In this document: one piece after another, positions 23,334 to 31,881 of the stretch
Layout of the letters: each line of letters starts with the position of its first letter
Numbering within the stretch: the stretch's first letter is position 1
NCBI GenBank assembly: GCA_946631345.1
Contig: CAMPAA010000002.1
Span: forward strand, 1-34,377
DNA from: an uncultured Verrucomicrobiota bacterium
GTDB lineage: Bacteria > Verrucomicrobiota > Kiritimatiellia > RFP12 > UBA1067
Length of the DNA stretch: 34,377 bases
Direction of reading: 5' to 3'
Position numbers and translations under genes: made by a program
The notes under the pieces: generated by a model
The model's input: only the letters and a program-made list of their open reading frames with translations
The model's database searches: none
Told to the model about the DNA's origin: nothing

Positions 23334-24295
23334 GGATCCTCGCCGGCGTGAAGAAGGTCCCGGGCGGCCTCATGGTCGTGCCGCTGATCCTCGGCGCTTT
23401 CGTCAACACGTTCTGCGGCGGGGTGTGGGAGCGGTTCGACGGCACGTTCACCACGTACCTGTGGAAGTCCGGGGCGATGCCGCTCCTCTCGGCGTTCATC
23501 TTCTGCAACGCCACGACGATAAACTTCCGCCGGGCCGGGGTGGCCGTAGGGAAGGGCGTGCTGCTTACCCTTGTGAAGGTCGGCATCGGGATTGCCGCAG
23601 GCCTTCTCTGCGGCAGGATGTTCGGCTCAGCCGGCTTTCTCGGGCTGTCGACGCTTGCGATAGTGGCCGCGCTAGCAAACTCGAACGGCGGGCTGTACGC
23701 CGCGCTCGCTGCGGAGTACGGCGATTCGACGGATGTCGGGGCGGTTTCCATACTGTCCATAAACGACGGTCCCTTCTTCACGATGCTCGCCCTTGGCGCG
23801 GCCGGGGCCGCGAACATCCCGCTGTCTGTTCTGCTCGGCTGCATTATTCCCGTGATCGTGGGATGCGTGCTCGGCAATCTCGACGACGACATACGCAAGT
23901 TCTGCGAACCGGGCGCGACGCTGCTCATCCCGTTCTTCGCGTTTCCGCTCGGTGCGGGCCTGAACGTGCTCAACCTGCTCAACGCAGGGCTTTCGGGCAT
24001 CCTGCTCGGGCTCGGGTGCCTCTTCGTGACGGGGCTTGGCGGGTTCGCCGCATACAAGATACTGCGCATACGCCATCCCGAGGTCGGCGCGGCGATCGGC
24101 GCGACCGCAGGCAACGCGGCGGCGACGCCGCTCGCGGTTGCGGCCGTGGACTCGTCGCTGCTGGCCGTCGCCGAGACCGCCACCGCGCAGATAACCGCCG
24201 CGATAATCGTGACCGCCATTGGCTGCCCGATACTTGTCTCGTTTCTGCACAGGTACGCAGGCGGCGGCGGGGGGCGCGGCGGTTGCCGCGCATAG
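23330..24295 (+). CDS. KdgT-family (2-keto-3-deoxygluconate permease-like) transporter
   Basis: Collinear with KdgT. Matching segments include KKVPGGLMVVPLILGAFVNTF, LSTLAIVAALANSNGGLYAAL, LIPFFAFPLGAGL and GILLG. It is hydrophobic throughout. The GTG start overlaps the larA stop codon (GTGA at 23330-23333). Confidence 0.88.
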   Translation: MRILAGVKKVPGGLMVVPLILGAFVNTFCGGVWERFDGTFTTYLWKSGAMPLLSAFIFCNATTINFRRAGVAVGKGVLLTLVKVGIGIAAGLLCGRMFGSAGFLGLSTLAIVAALANSNGGLYAALAAEYGDSTDVGAVSILSINDGPFFTMLALGAAGAANIPLSVLLGCIIPVIVGCVLGNLDDDIRKFCEPGATLLIPFFAFPLGAGLNVLNLLNAGLSGILLGLGCLFVTGLGGFAAYKILRIRHPEVGAAIGATAGNAAATPLAVAAVDSSLLAVAETATAQITAAIIVTAIGCPILVSFLHRYAGGGGGRGGCRA

Positions 24296-24348
24296 CAACG
24301 TCAGGGTGATGCAGCAGTTGTCTTGCCTGATCTTGCATATGCCTTTTG

Positions 24349-24378
24349 CTGAAAACATACGTGCATTTCTGGTATACT
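24349..24378 (+). promoter_or_regulatory. promoter CTGAAA-N18-TATACT with TG extension (TGGTATACT)
   Basis: TGGTATACT at 24370-24378 lies 8 nt upstream of ATG 24387. The -35 region is part of TTTTGCTGAAAA (24344-24355), a 12-mer that recurs at 28627-28638. Confidence 0.5.
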
Positions 24379-24386
24379 GTCGCGCG

Positions 24387-27317
24387 ATGAAGAGAGAAAA
24401 GAGCGTAGATGGGTCTGGCTGCGGCCGGAGGACGGAGGGAGCCGTGCTTATTGCAGGCATCGTTGTGGCGTTGTCTGCGGCCGCATGTGGCGAAGAGCTG
24501 CATGGCGTGGACACGTGGGCGGGGATAAAGCCGCTGCCCGCCGTGGTGAACCATGTCGGGCACGAGGCCTCCGCCGATTTGATCTCCCTGCGCGGCGAGT
24601 GGGAGTTCGTCACGCAGCCGAAACCGTTCCCTCGACGCTATCGGCACACCAAGGTGCCGTTCGCGAAAGTGGGCGAGCATACGCCGTCCGGCCGCGCCAG
24701 CAGCATGGACACGCCGTGGTCCAAGGCGCGGAAGATCAACGTGCCCGGCGCGTGGGAGGCGCAGGGCGTGGGCGAGCCTGGAATGTCCGTGACGTGGGAT
24801 CCGCTGTGGGACTCGAGCCCCAAGAAGCTGCACCACGTCTACATGGGCGAGGGCTGGTACCGCAAGGACGTGGCCCTGCCGCGAGACTGGGCGGGGAAGA
24901 AGGTGTGGCTGAAGGTCGGCGGCGTGAAGTCGCAGGGATGGTTCTGGGTGAACAAGCATCCGGTCGCGTGGGTGGACAGCTACTGCGGTACGTACAAGTA
25001 CGACATCACGCCTTTCGTGAAGATCGGCGGCACGAACCGCATCATCGCGTGCGTGAACAACGTTCTGCCGTCGCGCAAGGGCCTCATGAGCAACGTCCAC
25101 CGCTGGGGCGGCATCTATCGCGACATCGAGATCGAGGCCACGCCCGAAACGCGCATCGACGACGCATGGGTGCGCGGCGACTTCGACGCGCAGATGGCCG
25201 AGGCGCATGTGACGGTGGGCGGTTCGGCGATGCTTGCGAGCCGCGTGCGCGTGACGGTAGAGGGAGAGGTGGCGACATGCGATGCCAGTGCATCCGGCGA
25301 GACGGTGGTGCGACTGCCAATCCGCAGTTTCCGTCCCTGGTCGCCTGAGCATCCGAATCTCTACTGGGCCGACATCGCGCTCGTCGACGAGGCTGGCAAT
25401 GTGGTGCAGAAGCGCCGCGAGCGGTTCGGCGTCCGCAAGATCGAGGTGCGAGGCGGAGAGTTCTACCTCAACGGCCATCCTTACTTCCTGCGCGGGTTCG
25501 GCGACGACAGCGTGTATCCGCTCACAGGGCTTCCTCCCGCAGACCGCGAGACGCACCTTGCGCATCTCAGGAAGGCGCACGCGGCGGGCTTCAACTTCGT
25601 GCGCCTGCATACGCACTGCGAGGTGCCAGAGTACTTCGAGGCGGCGGACGAGGCGGGCATAATGGTGCAGGCCGAGCTGCCGTACTACACCGACATCCCC
25701 ACCGAGGCGTTCACGTTCGATCCGATGCGCGACCTCCGCGAGCTGCATGCGCACTACAGGCGCCATCCTTCGTTTGCCGTGTACTGCGGCGGGAACGAGG
25801 GGAGGCTTGGGCCATATGTCGAGAAGGCGATGTACGCGTTCGTGAAGCGCACCGATCCCGACAGGCTCGTGATCCATCAGGACGGAGACAGGTGCGCATG
25901 GCTTGAGCGCGACGACGACGAGGGCAGCAACGATCCGGGGAATTCGGACTATGACGTGGGGCCGCGCGACGTATGGCCGCACGGATCGTTCAACACCGGG
26001 CGCCCGTTCGTATGCCACGAATACCTCAACCTCTGCGTGAAGCAGGATACGCGGCTCGCGCCGCTCTACATGGGCGCCTGGGCGGCTCCAGACTCGCGCG
26101 CCGACCGCGCCAAATGGCTGGCTGAGCGCGGACTCGACCTTGCTTGGGGCGATGCCCTGCAGGATGCCCAGCACGCGCTTCAGGGCGTGTACCAGAAGCG
26201 CGGCATCGAGTGGGCGCGCAAGGATCCGTACTGCGACGGCTACTGCTTCTGGACGGCGGTGGACGTGGTCGTCGCGAACGGCGCGATACATTCCGCGCAG
26301 GGGTTCTTCGACCCGTTCTGGCAGACGAAGAAGGGCGGCCTTTCGCTGGAGCAGTTTGCGCTCTTCAACGGCACGAGCGCGTTGCTGGCCGATTTCGCGC
26401 CGGAATGCCATGTGGCGGAGGCCGGCGAGACGCGCAAGGCGTCGTTCATGTTCGCGAACTACGATGGCGCGCCGAAGCGGGCGGCGACGCTCGCATGGTC
26501 GCTTTCCGCCGCCGGCAGGACGCTAACCGGAGGCAAGGTGCCGATTGCGGAGATACCAGAAGGGAACGCGCGCCGGGTGGCGGATGTTGAGATCGCCATG
26601 CCGCATGTGGAGAGGGCGGTGAAAGCCGTACTGCGCGCGGAGATAGACGGCACCGCGAACGAATGGGACTTCTGGGTGTTCCCGAGGCGCGCCATGCGCG
26701 ATGGAGCGGATATCGCCGCCGACGTGACGCTCCTGCCGCAGCTCTCGCGCCTCTACAACAACGTCGCCGATGCATCCACGCCAGCCGCCGCCAATGCGCG
26801 AGTGATCGTAGCTCCCTACGGTTCGGAGACCGCCCGGGCGGCGCTTGCGCGCGGCAAGCGTGTGTTTACGGTATCCGGTGGCGACGGTAAGCCGAATGTT
26901 TCCTTGGGCTGGTGGTCGATGGGCAACCAGGTGGGGACGGCGCTTTCCCGCACGAGCAGGATGCTGGCGGACCTGCCGCACGAGGGCGTGATGACGCCGC
27001 TCATGTTCCGTATCGTGAAGGAGGGGGCGCATCCGCTTTCGGCAAACGGGCTGAAACTGACCGAGCCGATCATCGTTGGCGAGGGGAAGAAGGATTGCTA
27101 CCTCTATCTCGGCGAAGTGAAGTGCGCTTCGGCAAGTGCGCGGCATATTGCCGCCTTTGGGCTTGATGTGCTTTCCGGCAAGCCTGAAGGCACGGCGATT
27201 CTCGACGGCATCATCGGAGAACTCAGGCGTTGTTGCGCCATATCTTCGCCCTGCCGGATTTCAGCCTGCCCCCATGGCGGGAGGCAGGCACGGTCTACAC
27301 ATGCAATGCTCCCATGA
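24387..27317 (+). CDS. glycoside hydrolase family 2 protein (beta-galactosidase, mannosidase or glucuronidase-like), probable lipoprotein
   Basis: GH2 sugar-binding and TIM-barrel signatures are present: INVPGAWEAQG, GEGWYRKDVALPRDWAGKKVWLKVGGV, YKYDITPFV, NGHPYFLRGFG, NFVRLHTHCEVPEYFEAADEAGIMVQAELP and GGNEG. The N-terminus MKREK...VALSAAAC has a lipobox-like Cys. Confidence 0.88.
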   Translation: MKREKSVDGSGCGRRTEGAVLIAGIVVALSAAACGEELHGVDTWAGIKPLPAVVNHVGHEASADLISLRGEWEFVTQPKPFPRRYRHTKVPFAKVGEHTPSGRASSMDTPWSKARKINVPGAWEAQGVGEPGMSVTWDPLWDSSPKKLHHVYMGEGWYRKDVALPRDWAGKKVWLKVGGVKSQGWFWVNKHPVAWVDSYCGTYKYDITPFVKIGGTNRIIACVNNVLPSRKGLMSNVHRWGGIYRDIEIEATPETRIDDAWVRGDFDAQMAEAHVTVGGSAMLASRVRVTVEGEVATCDASASGETVVRLPIRSFRPWSPEHPNLYWADIALVDEAGNVVQKRRERFGVRKIEVRGGEFYLNGHPYFLRGFGDDSVYPLTGLPPADRETHLAHLRKAHAAGFNFVRLHTHCEVPEYFEAADEAGIMVQAELPYYTDIPTEAFTFDPMRDLRELHAHYRRHPSFAVYCGGNEGRLGPYVEKAMYAFVKRTDPDRLVIHQDGDRCAWLERDDDEGSNDPGNSDYDVGPRDVWPHGSFNTGRPFVCHEYLNLCVKQDTRLAPLYMGAWAAPDSRADRAKWLAERGLDLAWGDALQDAQHALQGVYQKRGIEWARKDPYCDGYCFWTAVDVVVANGAIHSAQGFFDPFWQTKKGGLSLEQFALFNGTSALLADFAPECHVAEAGETRKASFMFANYDGAPKRAATLAWSLSAAGRTLTGGKVPIAEIPEGNARRVADVEIAMPHVERAVKAVLRAEIDGTANEWDFWVFPRRAMRDGADIAADVTLLPQLSRLYNNVADASTPAAANARVIVAPYGSETARAALARGKRVFTVSGGDGKPNVSLGWWSMGNQVGTALSRTSRMLADLPHEGVMTPLMFRIVKEGAHPLSANGLKLTEPIIVGEGKKDCYLYLGEVKCASASARHIAAFGLDVLSGKPEGTAILDGIIGELRRCCAISSPCRISACPHGGRQARSTHAMLP

Positions 27318-28537
27318 AGCCGCCTGTGAAAATCAAAGCAGCGGAAGTGCCGCTTGTGGTCGTGGCCCTGCCCTTCGCATACCGCGAGGGGGTGGACGAA
27401 TACAACGGCGTGATGCGCCACCTGCGCGAAAGCGGCGAGGAGTGGGATCTGCGCATTATACGGCATTCGTTCGGGGCGGAGCTTTTCAACGAGTTCCCGC
27501 TTGAGCGGGTGAGCGGCGTTGTGTGCGGAATCAACACGCGCCCCGGCATCGCAGGGTACGAGCCGTATTTCGACGAGTCCGCGCTCGAACTGCTGATTTC
27601 GCGGAAGATTCCTGTCGTGGGGATCGACCTGCCCGTGGATTTTCGCCGCCATGCGCGGCGTGGAGCGAGGTGCGCATTCGTATCCATAGACTCCGGTCCG
27701 ATCGGGAGGGTGGCGGCGCAGTATCTCGCGAACGCCGGCACGTATGAGTCGTTCGGATTCGTGGGCGCGTTCGCCGACAGGGCGTGGTCCCGCGACAGGG
27801 GCGCGTTCTTCGCCCGTGAGCTTCGCAGGCTCGGTCGCCGGAACGTGTACATATTCCAGGGCGTGTACAGAAGGGGAGGCGAAGCACTCCTCGCGTGGCT
27901 GAAGGGTCTGCCGAAGCCTGCCGCCGTTTTTGCGTCCAACGACAACTGCGCCGACGGCATCATGCGGATGTGCTCCATGGGCGGTGTGCGCGTGCCTGAC
28001 GACCTTGCAGTGCTTGGCGTTGACGACGATCCGATATTCTGCATCCACACGCATCCGTCGCTTTCGAGCATACATCCCAATTTCGAGGCCGAAGGGCATC
28101 TCGCGGCGCAGACGCTTTCCGCGTTGATGAAGGGGCGGCGGGTGCGGTCGCACCAGTTTGCGGGAGGGACGCCCACGGTGACGGTGAGGATGTCGACGGC
28201 TCCCTGCTCGCCTTCAGGACGGCTTGTGCGCCGTGCCGACGAGATCATAGCGGAACGGGCCTGCGCCGGGCTGAACGCTGATGTGATTGCGGGGCTGCTC
28301 GGGATATCACGCCGGCTGCTCGACCTCAGGTACCGGCAGATCACCGGCAGATCAGTGCGCGAGTCGATAGAGGCGACGCGCATGGCGCAGGTGCGCAAGC
28401 TCCTTTCCGGCACGCGGCTTTCGCACCGGGAGATAGCGCGTTCATGCGGGTACAGGTCGGAGTCGTACATGGAGCATGTGTTTGTGAAGCGTTTCGGGTG
28501 TTCGATGCGCGATTATCGCAGCTCCGGCGAGACCTAA
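27314..28537 (+). CDS. XylR-type transcriptional regulator (periplasmic-binding-protein-like sugar sensor domain plus AraC-family HTH)
   Basis: The N-terminal domain aligns with the XylR/LacI-type sensor (VVVALPFAYREGVDEYNGVMRHL, SNDNCADGIMRMC...VPDDLAVLGVDDD). The C-terminal AraC HTH is LSHREIARSCGYRSESYMEHVFVKRFGCSMRDYR. The ATG overlaps the GH2 stop codon (ATGA at 27314-27317). Confidence 0.88.
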   Translation: MKPPVKIKAAEVPLVVVALPFAYREGVDEYNGVMRHLRESGEEWDLRIIRHSFGAELFNEFPLERVSGVVCGINTRPGIAGYEPYFDESALELLISRKIPVVGIDLPVDFRRHARRGARCAFVSIDSGPIGRVAAQYLANAGTYESFGFVGAFADRAWSRDRGAFFARELRRLGRRNVYIFQGVYRRGGEALLAWLKGLPKPAAVFASNDNCADGIMRMCSMGGVRVPDDLAVLGVDDDPIFCIHTHPSLSSIHPNFEAEGHLAAQTLSALMKGRRVRSHQFAGGTPTVTVRMSTAPCSPSGRLVRRADEIIAERACAGLNADVIAGLLGISRRLLDLRYRQITGRSVRESIEATRMAQVRKLLSGTRLSHREIARSCGYRSESYMEHVFVKRFGCSMRDYRSSGET

Positions 28538-28631
28538 CGTCGCACAAAGTGAAGCGAACGGAATGGGGCTGCCCCAGCGAAGGTCAGATGGCATGCCTCC
28601 GGCATTTGCCTGATATTTGAAGTGTTTTTTG

Positions 28632-28660
28632 CTGAAAAAAAAAATGCTTTATAGTATCAT
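28632..28660 (+). promoter_or_regulatory. sigma-70-like promoter CTGAAA-N17-TATCAT with an A10 tract in the spacer
   Basis: A10 at 28635-28644 and TATCAT at 28655-28660. It is closely similar to 3547-3580. The downstream gene has an AAGGAG Shine-Dalgarno at 28698-28703. Confidence 0.5.
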
Positions 28661-28711
28661 TGTGGGCGTTGCGGAGATTGTCCCCGCAGCGAAACCAAGG
28701 AGTGTTGCACG

Positions 28712-31700
28712 ATGAAAGCATTAGTGACGGCAATCTGCGCGTTCGGCGCGGCGTTTGGTCTGGCGGTTTCCGCCTCGGCGGCGGGCACCTATACGTGGAC
28801 GGCCACCGGCGACGGGATCGGTTCGGCTACGTACGTCAAGATCGCCGATGATGTCGGTGCGCTGAACGGGCGTCTGCGGCTTGTGGGCTTCTCGACGGCG
28901 GAAGGCGAGTACACTGTTACGTCCAACAGGCTTCATGTAGTGTCGAGTACAGGCGGTAAAGCCAACGGACTGCCTTCAGAAGCCTATACCTACCAGATGT
29001 CGGCTGGCGCGCGCTTCGACGGCACCACGACGAAGTCCTTGCGCGTGCAGCTTGCGCAGCCGGCGAACTCCTACTCGCTCTATGCGCGCATCACTGCGGT
29101 GACGACGGTGTCCGGCGACCACATGGACAGCCCAGACCTCCGCGAGGACTTCAAAAGCAATTCCTCCACGGAAGCCGCCGACCTCCTCGCGAACGCTGTC
29201 ACGAAGATCGTGGTGGGCGTGGCGAACGAGACGATCGCCTACTGGCCGTTCGGCGAGAACGGTTTCAGCGACGTATCCGGCAACGGACACGACCTCGTGG
29301 GCGTGGAGATTTCCGAAAGCGATGCGGCGTACATTTCTCTTAACGACGGCCGCACCGACCAGTATCTCAAGACCGCCTCAGCCCTTGATCTCTCCAAGGA
29401 AACCGCCGTCACGTTCGAGTGCTGGTGCAGGTTGAAAAGCCATTCCTCCGGCTTCGCCAACATCGTGTTTGCAGCCGAGAATCTATCCTCAGAGAATACT
29501 GGCTCTTTCGTAATCTACAACTCTGGCGTATATCAGGCGCAGTTCCGTGTTTCTGCTGGTGATTGGCAGATTGACAGTTCTACGCAAACGGATTTCCTTG
29601 ACGGCATGTGGCATCATATCGCCTATGTCATTGACCGTTCACGCACCGATCGCTATTCATGTGGTCTCTATGTTGATGGAGTTCGGCAGAACGACAATAA
29701 CAAGCAGGGGAATGTTCCTAATCTGTTCAACGAACTGCTGTTGATTGGTGGTGGCGGAGTTTACGTGCCCGGCAAGGATCACTTCAGCGGTTATATCGAT
29801 GATGTGCGTATCAGCCGTGGCGTGGTTGCGCCTGAAGACTTCCTCAAATGTCCGACCGTTGGAAAGAAGATGCGCGCCGACGACGGTAAGCTGCCGGTTG
29901 TAGCCTACTGGCCGTTCGGTGCCCAGCGCGGCAAGGATGCGACCGGAAACGGTTTCGATTTGGCGATGTCCGCCAACGTCCGGATTGTGTCCGGCGCTCC
30001 GAGCTTTACGAACAACATCGATGGCTGGAGTGGCGATTTCAAGTGCGTTAACGTGCCGTTTTCCGTGTTCTCCAAGACAGGTGTCACAATCGAATTCTTC
30101 GCAAAGACGGGAGCGACCGATTCCAGATCGGAAAATATCCTGACGCTTTCGCCTACTGCTCAGTATTACAACAACCCAGGAGCGTTTCGGTTTGGCCCCA
30201 CTGGAAATTCCGACTCCATGGGGATTGCGTTCCGTTGCAAGGATAGCGGCAAGTACATGGGTTCTTCCACAGCGACGGCGAGTTTTGGAACACTCAACGA
30301 CGGCATATGGCGGCATTATGCGGCGGTCTATGATCCGTCGAAGTCCGGGCCGGGAATCGTCACTCTCTACGTAGATGGTGTCGCTGCGGACGTCACCGCA
30401 ACCGATGCCTCTCAAGGAGCTGTTGCTCTTCCCGATACGACACTTTATTTTCAGCGTGTGAACTACAACGGTGCCATCAATTCTGGATATAACGGATGTT
30501 TTGACGACGTCCGCATTACGGCCGGTGTGTTGACGCCAGACCAGTTCCTGTCGAGCCGTTCGCAGGCAAAGACCATTGCGCTTTATCGGTTGGATAAATC
30601 GACTCTCGCCGACATGACCGGAAATGGACACGACCTTGCATACGAGAGTGGAACGCCGCGGTTAACGGCCCCGTCGTCATTTGCTTCCGCAGGCGTTGGA
30701 TTGGTGCTGAATGAAGTCGGGTCGCAGCAGCGGCTCTACACTTCTACGCCTATTGATCTTTCATCATCCAAGGCCATGACAGTGGAATTCGACTACAACC
30801 GTTGGTGGGGTCCTGCAGGCCCATATGCACTTGCCGCAAGCGAAGATGTAACGCGTGCTGGCGGATTTGTCGTGGACAGGACTGGTTCAAATGACAATTA
30901 CAGAGGGCGGTTTCGCGCTGTTGCGGATTCTTCGGACTATGCGTCGGCGCTCGACGCCAACGGACATGGCGCCAACACGGCAGTGGATGGGTGTTACCGC
31001 GTGCGCTATTCGATCGACGCCAATGCTTCGCCGATGAATTTTACGCTGTTTGTAGATGGTACGACGAAGACGGGAACGGCAGCTGGAACGATTGACAATC
31101 TCGGGTGCCAGAAGATATATTTCGGGAACAGCCCCTCGTATTACCCCAACGTTTATTTCAAGGGCGTATATTATCGGATTGCTATTTCCGATGGTGAACT
31201 TGCCCCGGCGGACTACGTGCTGGACAACTTGATCGAGCCTGAGACGAAGCGGACGCTGGCGTACTGGGATTTCAGGAACCACGACGGGCTTACCGTGGTC
31301 AATGGCGCAACGCGCGGCGGTGGACTGATGCTTGACGGAACAACTTCCGTTTCGACGACCAATCTCACGCTCTCTGCGCTTACGCAGGTGACGGTGGAGT
31401 GCTTTGTGAGGTTCGGGGTGACACCTTCCTCCGGCACGGTCTTCAGCCTTGGCAGTGGCGTGGGGTCGTTCGCGGTGGCGAGCGATGCGACTGCTGGGAC
31501 GCTTACGGGTACGTTCATCCCGTACGACCATCTGGCGGCATCAAACGGTGGCACTGCGAATCTTGCCGGCGTCGGCGACCGGAGCTGGCACCATGTGGCG
31601 CTCGTCATCGACCGCACGAAGTCCGGCGCCGATGCCGTGAAGTTCTATGTCGACTACGAACGCGCAACGCCTGCCGGACGCGCCTGGGACAAGGCGGCGA

Positions 31701-31852
31701 CGATCCTCGACGGCGTGCTTTCCGTCGGCGGCGGATTCGCGGGTCGTATCGACGACTTGCGCGTGAGCGCAGGCGCGCTTGACCCCGCCGAATTCCTCCA
31801 GCCTTCGCAGCTGACGGCGGTGCCGATAGGCATGTCGATTTCCGTGCGGTAG
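28712..31852 (+). CDS. secreted protein with four tandem LamG / concanavalin-A-like lectin modules (1046 aa)
   Basis: Signal peptide MKALVTAICAFGAAFGLAVSASA. There are four modules. Each opens with (A/L)YW(P/D)F...GNG(H/F)DL-type segments (the third is LYRLDKSTLADMTGNGHDLA). Each closes with DDVRIS/DDVRIT/ISDGEL/DDLRVS followed by ..P.(D/E)(F/Y)(L/V). Confidence 0.88.
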   Translation: MKALVTAICAFGAAFGLAVSASAAGTYTWTATGDGIGSATYVKIADDVGALNGRLRLVGFSTAEGEYTVTSNRLHVVSSTGGKANGLPSEAYTYQMSAGARFDGTTTKSLRVQLAQPANSYSLYARITAVTTVSGDHMDSPDLREDFKSNSSTEAADLLANAVTKIVVGVANETIAYWPFGENGFSDVSGNGHDLVGVEISESDAAYISLNDGRTDQYLKTASALDLSKETAVTFECWCRLKSHSSGFANIVFAAENLSSENTGSFVIYNSGVYQAQFRVSAGDWQIDSSTQTDFLDGMWHHIAYVIDRSRTDRYSCGLYVDGVRQNDNNKQGNVPNLFNELLLIGGGGVYVPGKDHFSGYIDDVRISRGVVAPEDFLKCPTVGKKMRADDGKLPVVAYWPFGAQRGKDATGNGFDLAMSANVRIVSGAPSFTNNIDGWSGDFKCVNVPFSVFSKTGVTIEFFAKTGATDSRSENILTLSPTAQYYNNPGAFRFGPTGNSDSMGIAFRCKDSGKYMGSSTATASFGTLNDGIWRHYAAVYDPSKSGPGIVTLYVDGVAADVTATDASQGAVALPDTTLYFQRVNYNGAINSGYNGCFDDVRITAGVLTPDQFLSSRSQAKTIALYRLDKSTLADMTGNGHDLAYESGTPRLTAPSSFASAGVGLVLNEVGSQQRLYTSTPIDLSSSKAMTVEFDYNRWWGPAGPYALAASEDVTRAGGFVVDRTGSNDNYRGRFRAVADSSDYASALDANGHGANTAVDGCYRVRYSIDANASPMNFTLFVDGTTKTGTAAGTIDNLGCQKIYFGNSPSYYPNVYFKGVYYRIAISDGELAPADYVLDNLIEPETKRTLAYWDFRNHDGLTVVNGATRGGGLMLDGTTSVSTTNLTLSALTQVTVECFVRFGVTPSSGTVFSLGSGVGSFAVASDATAGTLTGTFIPYDHLAASNGGTANLAGVGDRSWHHVALVIDRTKSGADAVKFYVDYERATPAGRAWDKAATILDGVLSVGGGFAGRIDDLRVSAGALDPAEFLQPSQLTAVPIGMSISVR

Positions 31853-31881
31853 AGTCGATTCACAGCACAAAAAGAAAGGCC

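Noticed and set aside
23979-26411. 810-aa minus-strand ORF
   Set aside because: It is antisense to the KdgT-family and GH2 genes, which have clear family motifs. It is extremely Arg/His/Ala-rich with no recognisable domain and no plausible promoter or RBS.
28538-28631. Possible small RNA or riboswitch between the regulator gene and the LamG promoter
   Set aside because: Only short hairpins are present (ATGCC-TCC-GGCAT, and a T6-GCTG-A6 complement). I recognise no conserved riboswitch core. It is more simply terminator plus promoter DNA.
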